A stretch of 64,000 nt of DNA from contig OZ243961.1 in the NCBI GenBank assembly GCA_965214605.1, positions 553,917 to 617,916 on the forward strand, read 5' to 3'. The translations under genes and the position numbers were made by a program. Numbering within the stretch: the first letter of the stretch is position 1; each line of letters starts with the position of its first letter. This document shows positions 1 to 10,667 of this stretch, piece by piece. A model generated the notes under the pieces. That model was given only the letters and a program-made list of their open reading frames with translations, made no database searches and was not told the origin of the DNA. The DNA comes from an uncultured Candidatus Binatia bacterium (GTDB taxonomy: Bacteria; Desulfobacterota; Binatia; Bin18).

Positions 1-166
1 ATGCCGGCCGACCGCCTAATACCACCGGACGGTTTTCCCGCCGGACAAACCATACTTTTGCCATCCCGATTTTCCTTGCAGCGTCGCGCCTAAAGCCGTC
101 CTTCAGTTGCCAGCTTCTAGGTAAGGTGATAATGGTGGCCGGACCGAGCAGACGGAGGTTGGTGTC

Positions 167-436
167 ATGAAACAGAATACTCATCCACAAGAATACAGAC
201 CGGTTGTTTTTCAGGACGCATCGGCACGATATGCCTTTCTGACCCGGTCGTGTGTGGAAACACACGATACCATCGAATGGGAAGATGGCAAGAGCTATCC
301 CCTATATAAACTCGATATATCTAGTGCTTCCCATCCTTTCTATACCGGGAAACAGCGTATCGTTGATACCGCCGGGCGGGTCGAACGTTTCCGCCGCCGC
401 TACGGGCTCAAGCATGAAGCCCAGGCCGAAGACTAG
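167..436 (+). CDS. rpmE: 50S ribosomal protein L31
   Basis: 89 aa; HPFYTGKQR...GRVERF C-terminal motif typical of L31. Confidence 0.85.
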   Translation: MKQNTHPQEYRPVVFQDASARYAFLTRSCVETHDTIEWEDGKSYPLYKLDISSASHPFYTGKQRIVDTAGRVERFRRRYGLKHEAQAED

Positions 437-549
437 CTCTCCCTCCGTACTCCTGCCCGACAATACACATAAGGGACCCCTCCTCCCATCACTTGTGTGT
501 ATTGCTCGTGTCCATCCTCCATCGGCCCACTAAAAACCGAGGCGTCGGT

Positions 550-1632
550 ATGAGCGAGGCAAGCAATTTAGGTCACAAATTAATCGAAGTTGAAAAGCGC
601 TATCAAACGCTTGAGCAGCAACTCAGTGCATCTGAGGTTATCGCCAACACGAACAAATACGCCAAGCTGGCCAAGGAACATGCCGACCTGGGACGGGTAG
701 TGACGTGTTTTCGCCAGTGGCGCAAAATAGACCAAGAGATACAAGGTAGCCAAGGCCTGCTCAATGATCCTGATCCAGATGTCCGAGCTCTGGCCAGAGA
801 AGAGCTCGTTACCCTGCACCAGGACTACGCCGCCCTTGAGCAACAGCTGCGCCTCTTGCTGCTTCCCAAAGATCCGCTGGATGAAAAAAATGTGCTGTTA
901 GAAATCCGGGCCGGCACCGGTGGCGAAGAGGCAAGCTTGTTTGCCGCCGACCTATGTCGGATGTATACCCGCTACGCCGAACAAAAAAACTGGCGGATGG
1001 AAGTGATGAGTTCAAACCCAACCGGTCTGGGTGGATTCAAGGAAATCGTCACCCTGATTGAGGGCGACGGAGCCTATAGTCGGCTGAAGTTTGAGGGCGG
1101 GGTCCATCGCGTCCAACGTATTCCAGAAACAGAAGCTTCGGGTCGGATTCATACCTCAGCTGTAACGGTGGCCGTTTTACCCGAGGCCGAGGATGTTGAT
1201 GTCCACATTGATGAGAAAGATTTACGTATCGACGTGTATCGGTCCTCCGGTCCGGGTGGTCAGAGCGTCAACACCACAGACTCGGCCGTCCGTATCACCC
1301 ACCTCCCCACCAACTCGGTGGTGATCTGTCAGGACGAAAAATCCCAACACAAGAACAAAGCCAAAGCGCTCAAAATCCTGCGCTCTCGACTGTTGGAAAA
1401 AGCACGCGAAGAGCAGCACCAAGAGATCGCCGCCTCGCGCCGCAGCATGGTCGGCTCGGGCGATCGCTCAGAACGGATTCGGACGTATAATTTTCCACAG
1501 TCGCGGCTGACCGATCACCGAATTAACCTGACCCTCCATACCCTTGAACGAGTTTTAGAAGGCGAGCTTGATCCGATCGTGAATGCCCTCACGACGTCCT
1601 ATCAGGCGGAGGCGCTCAAAGCCGTCAGCTAA
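550..1632 (+). CDS. prfA: peptide chain release factor 1
   Basis: GGQ-type motif [22 protein letters not shown]; RF1-type PET tripeptide region ([17 protein letters not shown]); start set at MSEASNL inside the longer ORF. Confidence 0.9.
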   Translation: MSEASNLGHKLIEVEKRYQTLEQQLSASEVIANTNKYAKLAKEHADLGRVVTCFRQWRKIDQEIQGSQGLLNDPDPDVRALAREELVTLHQDYAALEQQLRLLLLPKDPLDEKNVLLEIRAGTGGEEASLFAADLCRMYTRYAEQKNWRMEVMSSNPTGLGGFKEIVTLIEGDGAYSRLKFEGGVHRVQRIPETEASGRIHTSAVTVAVLPEAEDVDVHIDEKDLRIDVYRSSGPGGQSVNTTDSAVRITHLPTNSVVICQDEKSQHKNKAKALKILRSRLLEKAREEQHQEIAASRRSMVGSGDRSERIRTYNFPQSRLTDHRINLTLHTLERVLEGELDPIVNALTTSYQAEALKAVS

Positions 1633-1651
1633 GCCGAAGACGCCCCACCTC

Positions 1652-2527
1652 ATGACAGCAACACCCTTGTGGGATTCTTCACTGGCCGCCCTTCTGTCGC
1701 AAGCGACCGCTTTCCTGGCCGGGCATCACATTCCAACCCCGCGCCTCGACGCCGAGGTGTTGCTCGTCCATGTGATAGGTGGGAGTAAAACGGAGCTGTA
1801 CGGGCGTTTGCGCACCGCGCTCGCTCCTCACCAGTGCAAGGCCTTCTGGCAGACAATCAGACGTCGCGCCCGGCGCGAGCCACTGCCGTATATTACCGGC
1901 GTTCAGGAGTTCTGGTCGCTCGAGTTCAGCGTGAACCACCACGTGCTCATTCCACGTCCCGAAACCGAGTTGGTGGTTGAGGTCGTCCTAGACGTGCTGG
2001 GCTCTTTTGCCGCGCCTCGGATCCTCGACCTGGGCACCGGCAGCGCGTGTCTTGCGGTTGCGCTTGCCACCCAGCGGCCGCAGGCTCGACTGTGGGCTTG
2101 CGATGTGTCTGCCGAGGCGCTGATGATAGCGCGCACCAATGCGCTCCATCATCGGGTGGCCGACCGGATCTCCTTTATGCAGGCTGATATGCGGGAGCGG
2201 CTTGCTAGCCCGTCGAGCTTTGACCTGATTGTCACCAATCCTCCCTATATCGCCGAGCCTGACTTCGCCACCCTCCAGGCCGAAGTCCGCGACTGGGAAC
2301 CACGCCTGGCACTCAATGGGGGGAGGGATGGGCTAGATTTTTACCGCTGCTTGCTGCAAGACTGTCCGGTACAACTGCGGCGTGGGGGATGGCTCGTAAT
2401 GGAGATCGGTGCCAGCCAGAGCGAGGCCGTCATGCATATGGCAAGAAGCCAAGACAGTCTGGGCGGCTGTAAGCTCAGCTACGACTATGCTGGCCGGCCG
2501 CGCGTTGTTACCGTTCGCCGACAATAA
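1652..2527 (+). CDS. prmC: release factor glutamine N5-methyltransferase PrmC/HemK
   Basis: directly downstream of prfA; SAM-MTase fold with NPPY motif (IVTNPPYI); start set at internal Met MTATPLW. Confidence 0.85.
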   Translation: MTATPLWDSSLAALLSQATAFLAGHHIPTPRLDAEVLLVHVIGGSKTELYGRLRTALAPHQCKAFWQTIRRRARREPLPYITGVQEFWSLEFSVNHHVLIPRPETELVVEVVLDVLGSFAAPRILDLGTGSACLAVALATQRPQARLWACDVSAEALMIARTNALHHRVADRISFMQADMRERLASPSSFDLIVTNPPYIAEPDFATLQAEVRDWEPRLALNGGRDGLDFYRCLLQDCPVQLRRGGWLVMEIGASQSEAVMHMARSQDSLGGCKLSYDYAGRPRVVTVRRQ

Positions 2528-2571
2528 GCGCTTAGACGAACCCGGTCGAGAGGCGATGATGGGGGGAGGCG

Positions 2572-3870
2572 ATGGATAAGATGATTATACGCGGAGGTCG
2601 GCCTCTCCACGGAGAGATTGAGGTCAGCGGATCGAAGAACGCAGCCCTGCCCTTTTTATTTGCCAGCCTGCTCACTGAGGAAGAGTGCCGGTTCACCAAC
2701 ATGCCCCGGGTGGTCGATATTCGGACCGCTCTGCACCTCTTGACCGAGATGGGGATCGCGGTGCAGTGGCGAGGCGACAACGAGGTTGCGCTGAGGGCTC
2801 AATCGGTTCAACACCTCGAAGCCCCGTACGAGCTGGTCAAGACTATGCGCGCCTCTTTTCTGGTCTTGGGTCCGATACTGGCGCGTTTTGGCCGGGCCAG
2901 AGTTTCAACACCCGGTGGTTGCGCCATTGGTACCCGGCCGGTTGATGTCCACCTGGCTGGTCTGCAACAGCTCGGAGCCACGATCCGTCTGCAAGAAGGC
3001 TATGTTGAGGCCACGGCCAGCCGCCTGTGTGGCGCCCGGATCAGCCTGGATTTTCCGTCTGTTGGAGCTACTGAAAATCTCATGATGGCGGCCACCCTGG
3101 CCGATGGCCCAAGCCAGATCGAAAACGCCGCCTGCGAGCCCGAAATTGTCGAATTGCAAGCTCTACTGAACGCGATGGGCGCGCGGGTCAGCGGTGCCGG
3201 AGGGCCGGTCATTCAGATTGACGGCGTGGCCTCGCTGCACGGTGCCGAGCGTGAGGTCATTCCAGACCGGGTCGAGGCCGGCACCTTCCTGATCGCTGGG
3301 GCTATGACCTCGGGCCAGGTGTTTGTCCGCGGCGCGCGGACCGATCACCTTGACGCCTTTGTCCAAAAACTCCTGGCGGCAGGGGTCGAGCTGGAGACCC
3401 AGAGGGACGGTATTGCAGTCACCGGAGTCGGCCGGCCGAGCCAGGTCGATGTCATCACCTGGCCCTACCCCGGCTTCCCAACCGACTTGCAGGCCCAGAT
3501 GATGGCCCTGCTCACGCTTGGCGATGGTCGTAGCCTGATTACCGAGACTGTATTTGAAAATCGCTTCATGCACGTCCAGGAGCTGGCCCGTTTAGGGGCG
3601 GATATCCACATTCGCCATAACACCGCGGCGGTCAACGGCGTCGCGTTCCTGAGCGGCGCGCCGGTTATGGCAACCGATCTGCGGGCCAGCGTCTCTCTTA
3701 TTCTGGCCGGCCTGGCGGCCCAGGGAAAGACTGAAGTCTCTCGCGTCTACCACCTGGACCGGGGCTATGAGCGTATTGAAGAAAAACTGTCGCAGCTAGG
3801 GGCGGATATTCGGCGGGTAGCGGCTAAAAAAGACGGGACCACGCAAGAGCTGAGACGCACAGTCCAATGA
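2572..3870 (+). CDS. murA: UDP-N-acetylglucosamine 1-carboxyvinyltransferase
   Basis: 432 aa; N-terminus MDKMIIRGG...GSKNAALP and full-length EPSP-synthase-like fold. Confidence 0.9.
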   Translation: MDKMIIRGGRPLHGEIEVSGSKNAALPFLFASLLTEEECRFTNMPRVVDIRTALHLLTEMGIAVQWRGDNEVALRAQSVQHLEAPYELVKTMRASFLVLGPILARFGRARVSTPGGCAIGTRPVDVHLAGLQQLGATIRLQEGYVEATASRLCGARISLDFPSVGATENLMMAATLADGPSQIENAACEPEIVELQALLNAMGARVSGAGGPVIQIDGVASLHGAEREVIPDRVEAGTFLIAGAMTSGQVFVRGARTDHLDAFVQKLLAAGVELETQRDGIAVTGVGRPSQVDVITWPYPGFPTDLQAQMMALLTLGDGRSLITETVFENRFMHVQELARLGADIHIRHNTAAVNGVAFLSGAPVMATDLRASVSLILAGLAAQGKTEVSRVYHLDRGYERIEEKLSQLGADIRRVAAKKDGTTQELRRTVQ

Positions 3871-5258
3871 CGGTTCCCCTACTCAACACATCTGATCCGG
3901 CCTGCGCACGCCGTCTAGACAGCCTGTTCACCAGGGGTGAACAGGCTAGCGATCGGGTTGAAGCCGAGGTCCGGGCGATTTTACAAGACGTCAAACGCCA
4001 GGGAGACCGGGCACTGATCGCCGCCACCAAAAAGTTCGATCGGGTCCGTCTACGCCGTGACACCTTGCGTGTCACCGATCGGGAACTTGACGCGGCGCTA
4101 GCTGGCCTGCCACGGTCCGAACGGACCGCCCTGCAGACCGCTGCCCGACGGATTGGCGCTTTTCACCGCAAACAGCGCCAATCCTCATGGCACTACACGG
4201 ACCGGCTGGGCGTTGGCCTGGGACAGAAAATTACCCCGCTGGAACGGGTCGGCGTGTATGTTCCGGGCGGCAAAGCCGCCTACCCGTCTTCTGTGCTGAT
4301 GAATATCATTCCGGCCAAAGTCGCTGGAGTAGAAGAAGTCGTGGTGGTCTCCCCGCCCTCAGCAGACGGCGAGCACTCAGGTCCGCAACCAGGCGTGCTG
4401 GCCGCGGCTCGTCTGGCCGGGGCCGATACGGTGTTTCGGCTGGGCGGTGCTCAGGCCATTGCCGCCTTAGCCTACGGAACCCAGAGCGTTCCCCGTGTGG
4501 ATAAGATTGTCGGGCCAGGCAATATTTTTGTCGCCACGGCCAAGCGGCTGGTCTACGGTCAGGTTGATATTGATAGCGTGGCGGGTCCAAGTGAGATTCT
4601 GGTGATTGCCGATAGCACGGCCTCAGCCAGCTATATTGCGGCCGATATGCTGTCCCAGGCCGAGCATGACGAAATGGCAGCCCCGCTGTGTCTGACCACC
4701 TCGACACGGCTAGCTGAAGCTGTCGTCGAGGCGCTGAAAGGCCAATTGGCCACGCTCGCCCGCCGTACGATTGCTGCCGCATCGCTCAAGCGCTATGGAG
4801 CGGTGATCGTCGCTCGCGATCGAGCTGAGGTCGTGCGGCTGGCCAATGCCTTAGCCCCCGAACACGTTGAGCTCTTGGTCAAAAATCCACGTTCGTGGCT
4901 GAAAGATATCCGCCACGCTGGCGCCATCTTTGTGGGTGCCTTGTCTACCGAGCCCTTTGGCGACTATATTGCTGGGCCAAACCACATCCTGCCGACTGGG
5001 GGAACGGCACGGTTTTTCTCCCCGCTCGGCGTGTACGATTTTCTCAAGCGAACCAGTATTATCGAGGCATCGGCTCCGGCGTTGCGTAAGCTTGGTCCGC
5101 ACGTTATGCGTCTGGCCGCCATGGAGGGGCTAGAGGCCCATGCTCGGGCAATTGCCTATCGTCTCAACGGAGGCCACTATGACACGGCCAGCAACACCCT
5201 ACAGCCAAGAAAGAGCACCACGCGCGACAACCCTGCATCGCGAAACAAACGAAACTGA
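3867..5258 (+). CDS. hisD: histidinol dehydrogenase
   Basis: 463 aa; SQAEHDEMAAPL and Zn/NAD-binding regions; ATGA overlap with murA stop; 3' end is ~30 aa longer than typical and overlaps hisB. Confidence 0.85.
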   Translation: MTVPLLNTSDPACARRLDSLFTRGEQASDRVEAEVRAILQDVKRQGDRALIAATKKFDRVRLRRDTLRVTDRELDAALAGLPRSERTALQTAARRIGAFHRKQRQSSWHYTDRLGVGLGQKITPLERVGVYVPGGKAAYPSSVLMNIIPAKVAGVEEVVVVSPPSADGEHSGPQPGVLAAARLAGADTVFRLGGAQAIAALAYGTQSVPRVDKIVGPGNIFVATAKRLVYGQVDIDSVAGPSEILVIADSTASASYIAADMLSQAEHDEMAAPLCLTTSTRLAEAVVEALKGQLATLARRTIAAASLKRYGAVIVARDRAEVVRLANALAPEHVELLVKNPRSWLKDIRHAGAIFVGALSTEPFGDYIAGPNHILPTGGTARFFSPLGVYDFLKRTSIIEASAPALRKLGPHVMRLAAMEGLEAHARAIAYRLNGGHYDTASNTLQPRKSTTRDNPASRNKRN

Positions 5259-5802
5259 CATTCGGCTCAGTCTTGAGCTTGATGGGAGCGGTCAGTACCA
5301 GGTCACTACCGGCGTGCCCTTTCTCAACCATATGCTGGAATTGTTCACCCGGCATGGATTTTTTGATCTCACACTCCAGGCTACGGGCGACGTCGAGATT
5401 GATGACCATCATACGGTTGAGGATATCGGACTAGCGCTAGGCGAAGCCTTTCGCATCGCGCTGGGTGACAAACGCGGTATTCGTCGCTTTGGCGAAGCCA
5501 GCGTGCCACTTGACGAAGCCCTAGTGAACTGTGTCGTCGACCTCAGCGGGCGGCCCTTCTTGGCGTATAATCTGTCCGTCCAGCAGGAACGGATTGGAAC
5601 GTTTGCGACCGAGCTGATCCACGACTTTTTTCTGGCCTTTAGCAACCAACTCGGCATGAATCTGCACTTCAACATGACCCAGGGCCGCAATCCGCACCAT
5701 ATTATCGAAGCCGCCTTTAAGGCGTTTGCGCGAGCGCTAGGCAGTGCGGTCGAGTATGACCAGCGCGTAAAAGGGGTGTTATCAACGAAAGGGGTGTTGT
5801 GA
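5179..5802 (+). CDS. hisB: imidazoleglycerol-phosphate dehydratase
   Basis: RETNETDIRLSLELDG ... LNHMLELF ... DDHHTVEDIGLALGEAF motifs; start at MTRPATPY gives 80-bp overlap with the hisD ORF. Confidence 0.8.
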   Translation: MTRPATPYSQERAPRATTLHRETNETDIRLSLELDGSGQYQVTTGVPFLNHMLELFTRHGFFDLTLQATGDVEIDDHHTVEDIGLALGEAFRIALGDKRGIRRFGEASVPLDEALVNCVVDLSGRPFLAYNLSVQQERIGTFATELIHDFFLAFSNQLGMNLHFNMTQGRNPHHIIEAAFKAFARALGSAVEYDQRVKGVLSTKGVL

Positions 5803-6039
5803 AGCAGAGTTGATGAGGAGGTCTCAGACGCGGGGCCCTAAGACTCTCTCAGCCGTAGCCTTGCTCAATTGAAGGCTGCCCGCTCCACCCTGGACCAACA
5901 GAGCAGCGCGGTTTCATATATTGAGCTGCACCAAACGGCGCGCTCTCGCGCAGAGTGCGACCGGCGGCAACTTGACGTGGGAGAAGCCCGCCGAGCCGAA
6001 CGCTCACAGAGGTCCTAACTGGACTAGTCACGCTCAGGG

Positions 6040-6081
6040 CCTCACGCCTAGGACCGGCCCAGACGTGAGGGATGTGTTTTT
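6040..6081. terminator. hairpin plus T-run between convergent hisB and LLM genes
   Basis: CCTCACG-N17-CGTGAGG followed by GATGTGTTTTT. Confidence 0.4.
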
Positions 6082-6112
6082 AACGCCTTAGAAGAGATTG
6101 CATACCCTAAGT

Positions 6113-7186
6113 TCAATCCGGAAAATTGGACATGACTTCTTCCATCAGCATGCGCTGTGAGTTTTCCCAGCCCTCTCGATTCTCCAGTTGATCAAAGGTC
6201 AGGACCAGCAAACAGCCAAACCCGCCGGTGTCTTCAACCATCGCTCCCAGCTTATCGGTAACCGTTCGGGGGGAACCGACCAGCCATACGTACTCGGCCA
6301 GGTATTCCATAGTAACATCGGAATCCGGCACTTCGGGGTGGTGTTTGAACAGGCTGAGCATGCCAAACGACTTGAAGAGTGGCAGCAAATACTCGCTGTA
6401 GACACGGGCCAGCATGCCGTTGAGGGCCTTGTCCTTGGCTTCTTTGTCGGTTTCGGCGATATACACCTCACGCGACACGCGCCAGTCGCTGCGGGAAGCT
6501 CCCCGCCCAGCAGACTCCGCCCCCTCGACAACCGCTTCCCAGTGGGTTTTGAGATAGCCATTGCTCAGCGCGACGCTCATCGGCATAAAACCGCTCGCAC
6601 CACACATCTTGAGGGTGTCCGAGCCAGGCGTCAGACCGGCAATCCCAATCGGTGGATGGGGCTGTTGAAAGGGCTTGATGTGGAACTTGAGGGTGTCCAA
6701 CATCGTGTCAATCCGGTTGACCGTCCAGTAGTTACCTTTAAATTCAAACGGCTCTTCGCTCTCCCACAGTTTGAGAATAATATCCAAAGCCTCTTTGGTC
6801 ATACGCCGGTTCTCGCCACCTGCCCCATCGACGTTGAATAGCTTCCAGTCGCTGGGCAGCCCACTCGTCCCCACCCCGAACATAAACCGTCCCTGGGCGA
6901 TGTGATCCATAAAGGCGACGCGATGGGCGAGTTCGGCCGGATGGTGATAGGGAAGCAGATGGGCACCTGGACACAGCTTGATATTCTGGGTGCGTTGCAA
7001 GCCTTGCGCAATCAGCAGATCAGGGGCGGGGTTGGGCTCCCACGGAGCAGTAAAATGCTCACCCAGCCAAGCTTCGTGGAAACCTAACTTGTCGACCAGT
7101 TCCAGATGGTCGAGATCCCACTGGTGACCGTCATAGAAACTTCTTTCGGGCGGATGCGAAGGCATCATAAACACGCCAGCTTTCAT
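6113..7186 (-). CDS. LLM-class (luciferase-like) flavin-dependent oxidoreductase
   Basis: 357 aa; TIM-barrel LLM signature regions (GFHEAWLGEHF..., NPxP, GxGxS). Confidence 0.7.
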   Translation of the reverse strand: MKAGVFMMPSHPPERSFYDGHQWDLDHLELVDKLGFHEAWLGEHFTAPWEPNPAPDLLIAQGLQRTQNIKLCPGAHLLPYHHPAELAHRVAFMDHIAQGRFMFGVGTSGLPSDWKLFNVDGAGGENRRMTKEALDIILKLWESEEPFEFKGNYWTVNRIDTMLDTLKFHIKPFQQPHPPIGIAGLTPGSDTLKMCGASGFMPMSVALSNGYLKTHWEAVVEGAESAGRGASRSDWRVSREVYIAETDKEAKDKALNGMLARVYSEYLLPLFKSFGMLSLFKHHPEVPDSDVTMEYLAEYVWLVGSPRTVTDKLGAMVEDTGGFGCLLVLTFDQLENREGWENSQRMLMEEVMSNFPD

Positions 7187-7564
7187 ACGTCCTCCTTAAG
7201 AGACACCTTATTTCTTCCTCATAACTTCATCCTGGGCGTCACGCAAGGCCTACCGGAGCCATGCCAGGAAGCTTGCACGGCGTTTAATGAGGATGCTGCG
7301 GGGGACCGGTCGCTGCTCCCCCGCAGAAGAACAGCCTCGAAGCTCGCGATTCGGAAAACAAGCCGGGGGCGCCGGACGACGAGCATATCCAGGGGTTGTG
7401 TCCGGGGAACCGGGGCGTCAATTGTGCCGGGGCGGAGGAACAGGAACTTTCACTATTACCTGACTCGCCGCTACAAGCTCTACGCTCTTTAAACTCCGCC
7501 GGTTCGCCTGCTGTGTCACTCTAGCCACCTATTGTCTTCACGTCCAAACGGAGGAAACCGTCCC

Positions 7565-8495
7565 ATGCAACGACTCCGCTTCACCATCTTGATCCTGACC
7601 TTGGCCGGGTGGGTCATTCCCCGATCGTATGGCCCGGCGGTTCACCGTGGCTCCCGGCTCCTTCATCCGGAAATATCGCCGTGTCCTACACCTAGACGGC
7701 AGACGACTACCTCCGTAAGACCTCTCCAACCAGCTCGGTCAAGACGGTCTCGACACCGGGGGCAAAAACCTCTAGCAGCACACCATCTGGTTTGATGTCA
7801 ACTATGGCTTGTTTGAGTCGGCCGCTCTTGATACACGCCTAGGATATGCAGAGAGTCATATGGTTGCCGATCCGATCAAAGAACGCAGCCCCAGCGGCCT
7901 GGCCGACGTGAGCTTCGGCGTCACCTACCGCCTGCTTGACGAGATGATTAGCGAGAACGAGCTGCTGCCAAGTGTGGTCCTGCGTCTCGGCGGGCTCATT
8001 GGCGGCGACTACGAAACGGGCGCGATCAATTCGCTTGGCGATGGCGGCGACGGGTTCGAGATTTCGGGCTTGGCCGGAAAGTTTTTCGCCGACTGCTTCG
8101 CCCTGTCCGCCGAGCTCGGTTCCCGTAACCGCAATAATGACATCCCGGACAACCTGTTTTTGAGGCTGTCCGGCGGCGTCCTGTGGAACCGCTTAGGGCT
8201 GAGCATCAACTATGAGCGTATCGACACGCCGTGGGGCAGCCTAGATATTGGCTCGGGCGAGTCCCCCGGCGTCTTTATCCCAGCCCGATTTCCTGAGGTG
8301 AAAGAAGAGCTGCAACTCCTCGGTGGCGGTCTCAGCGTCGCACTCACTGACCAGATTACCCTTGGTCTGGCCTATACTGCCGTCGTTGACGGCCGCACCA
8401 CTGCCGATTCTGACGTGTTCAGCGTGTCGCTCGGTTACTCCGTTCGACACCTTCTGAGCAGGGGTGTAACTTCAACGCTGACGTCGCCCGGATAG
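7565..8495 (+). pseudogene. outer-membrane beta-barrel protein, apparently frameshifted between signal peptide and barrel
   Basis: signal peptide MQRLRFTILILTLAGWVIP at 7565 in frame 2; beta-barrel-like body (alternating G/aromatic strands) at 7809..8495 in frame 0; C-terminus does not end in an aromatic residue. Confidence 0.35.
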
Positions 8496-8516
8496 CGGGG
8501 CTGGGGGAATCACAGG

Positions 8517-10649
8517 GTGAAAGCCACACAAGCCCTCGTATTGATCGTGCTCGTGCTGCTCATTGGCTTGTTCTTTGGCTTTGAGCTCCAGCGATTTCTG
8601 ACCATTGAGTACTTCACCGCCCAGCGGGACGCCATTACCGCCTTCCAGACGCAAGCCCCCCTGATCACCGCTGGGACGTTCTTCATCCTGTATGTTGCGG
8701 TCACAGGTTTGTCCCTGCCCGGTGCAGCCCTACTGACCCTCATCGCCGGGGCGCTCTTCGGCTTCCTGCCGGGTGTAATCCTGGTGTCATTCGCGAGTTC
8801 CTTGGGAGCGACTCTGGCGTTTTCCATGGCCCGTTATCTGTTGCGCGACACCGTACGCTCGCGGTTTGCACGCCAGCTGACCGCCATTAACCGCGGCATC
8901 GAAAAAGACGGCGCCTTCTATCTGTTCGCGCTGCGGCTCGTTCCGGCCTTCCCCTTCTTTGCCATCAACCTGGCCATGTCGGTCACACCGCTGTCAACCT
9001 GGACCTTCTACTGGGTCAGCCAAGTCGGCATGTTGGCCGGAACGGTCGTCTACGTCAACGCTGGCGCACAGCTGAGCAAAATTACATCGCTGACCGGCAT
9101 CCTCTCGCCGACACTAATCGTCTCGTTCGCCCTGCTCGGCCTCTTTCCGCTGATCGCCAAAAAGACTCTAACCGCCACCAAGTCACGCGCGGTATTGCGC
9201 CGCTTCAAGAAACCTCAACATTTCGACACCAACCTTGTCGTCATCGGGGCGGGGTCTGGGGGTTTGGTCTGCGCGCTCATCGCTGCCACGGTCAAGGCCA
9301 AGGTGACGTTGATGGAGCGACACCGCATGGGCGGCGACTGCCTGAATACCGGCTGTGTTCCCAGCAAGTCCTTACTGCGTTCGGCAAAGATATTGAGCTA
9401 TACAACAAGAGCCAGGGCATATGGTTTCAAGAACGCCAGTGTAGAGTTCGACTTTGCCGATGTCATGGAGCGGGTGCAGCGAATCATCACCACAATCGAA
9501 CCCAAGGATTCCACCGAGCGCTATACCAGCCTGGGAGTGGATTGTGTCATGGGTGACGCCACTATTGTTTCGCCTTACCGCGTCCGCGTCAACAACCAGG
9601 AGATCACCACTCGCAGCATTATCATTGCCACCGGCGGCACCCCGTTCGTGCCGCCCATCCCAGGCCTTGAGGAAGCCGGCTATTTCACATCGGACACAAT
9701 CTGGGAGCTGCGCACTCTGCCGCGCCGTCTCGTTATTCTTGGCGGCGGTCCCATCGGCTGTGAGCTGGCACAAGCCTTCTCCCGCTTTGGATCATCGGTG
9801 ACGATGGTGGAACGCAACCCGCATCTGTTGATGCGCGAAGATGCTGAAATAAGCGCCTTCGTGCAGGCCCGGTTTACCGCGGAAGGCATTCGCCTCCTCA
9901 CCAACCACACCGCCCTGCGTGTCGAGACCATGGACGGTCGCAAGCAGCTGGTCTGCGAACGCGACGGACAAGAAACAACCGTAGCGTTCGATGCCATTCT
10001 GGTCGCGGTCGGACGACGACCGACGACCGCCGGCCTCGGCCTTGAAACACTCGGCCTTGCTCTGGATAAACGGGGAGCCATTGAGGTTGACGACTACCTG
10101 CGGACCAATATCCCCACCATCTATGCCTGTGGCGATGTGGTTGGTTCCTACCAATTTACCCATACCGCGTCCCATCAGGCCTGGTACGCCACGGTGAACG
10201 CCTTGTTCAGTCCCTTTCGGCAGTTCAAGGTCGACTATTCAGTGATCCCCTGGACGACCTTCACCGACCCCGAAGTGGCGCGCGTCGGCTTGAATGAACA
10301 GGACGCTGCGCGACAGGGTACGCCGGTCGAGGTGACGCGTTACGATCTTGACGATCTCGATCGCGCTCTGGCCGACGAGGAGGGCCGGGGATTTATCAAA
10401 GTGTTGACGCCCCCGGGCAAGGATCGGATCCTCGGCGTCACTATTGTCGGCCACCACGCTGGCGAGCTTATGGCGGAGTTCATCCTAGCGATGAAGTGGG
10501 GGCTGGGACTGAAGAAGATCCTGAGCACAATCCACATCTATCCGACGCTGAGCGAAGCGAACAAATATGCGGCAGGCGTCTGGCGCAGAAACAACGCTCC
10601 TGGTAGCCTGCTCGACTGGGTGGAGAAGTTCCACCGCCTGCGCCGCTAG
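8517..10649 (+). CDS. DedA/TVP38-family membrane domain fused to class I pyridine nucleotide-disulfide oxidoreductase (mercuric reductase/dihydrolipoamide dehydrogenase-like)
   Basis: N-terminal ~230 aa polytopic membrane DedA-like; C-terminal GAGSGG...GGDCLNTGCVPSK redox-active disulfide and FAD/NAD Rossmann motifs. Confidence 0.8.
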   Translation: MKATQALVLIVLVLLIGLFFGFELQRFLTIEYFTAQRDAITAFQTQAPLITAGTFFILYVAVTGLSLPGAALLTLIAGALFGFLPGVILVSFASSLGATLAFSMARYLLRDTVRSRFARQLTAINRGIEKDGAFYLFALRLVPAFPFFAINLAMSVTPLSTWTFYWVSQVGMLAGTVVYVNAGAQLSKITSLTGILSPTLIVSFALLGLFPLIAKKTLTATKSRAVLRRFKKPQHFDTNLVVIGAGSGGLVCALIAATVKAKVTLMERHRMGGDCLNTGCVPSKSLLRSAKILSYTTRARAYGFKNASVEFDFADVMERVQRIITTIEPKDSTERYTSLGVDCVMGDATIVSPYRVRVNNQEITTRSIIIATGGTPFVPPIPGLEEAGYFTSDTIWELRTLPRRLVILGGGPIGCELAQAFSRFGSSVTMVERNPHLLMREDAEISAFVQARFTAEGIRLLTNHTALRVETMDGRKQLVCERDGQETTVAFDAILVAVGRRPTTAGLGLETLGLALDKRGAIEVDDYLRTNIPTIYACGDVVGSYQFTHTASHQAWYATVNALFSPFRQFKVDYSVIPWTTFTDPEVARVGLNEQDAARQGTPVEVTRYDLDDLDRALADEEGRGFIKVLTPPGKDRILGVTIVGHHAGELMAEFILAMKWGLGLKKILSTIHIYPTLSEANKYAAGVWRRNNAPGSLLDWVEKFHRLRR

Positions 10650-10667
10650 GGCCCGTAAGCCCGAGTC

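Noticed and set aside
4306-4782. 158-aa antisense ORF inside hisD, and similar antisense ORFs inside murA, qhpD, trpE, cas12
   Set aside because: Antisense to well-supported genes. A high-GC artefact.
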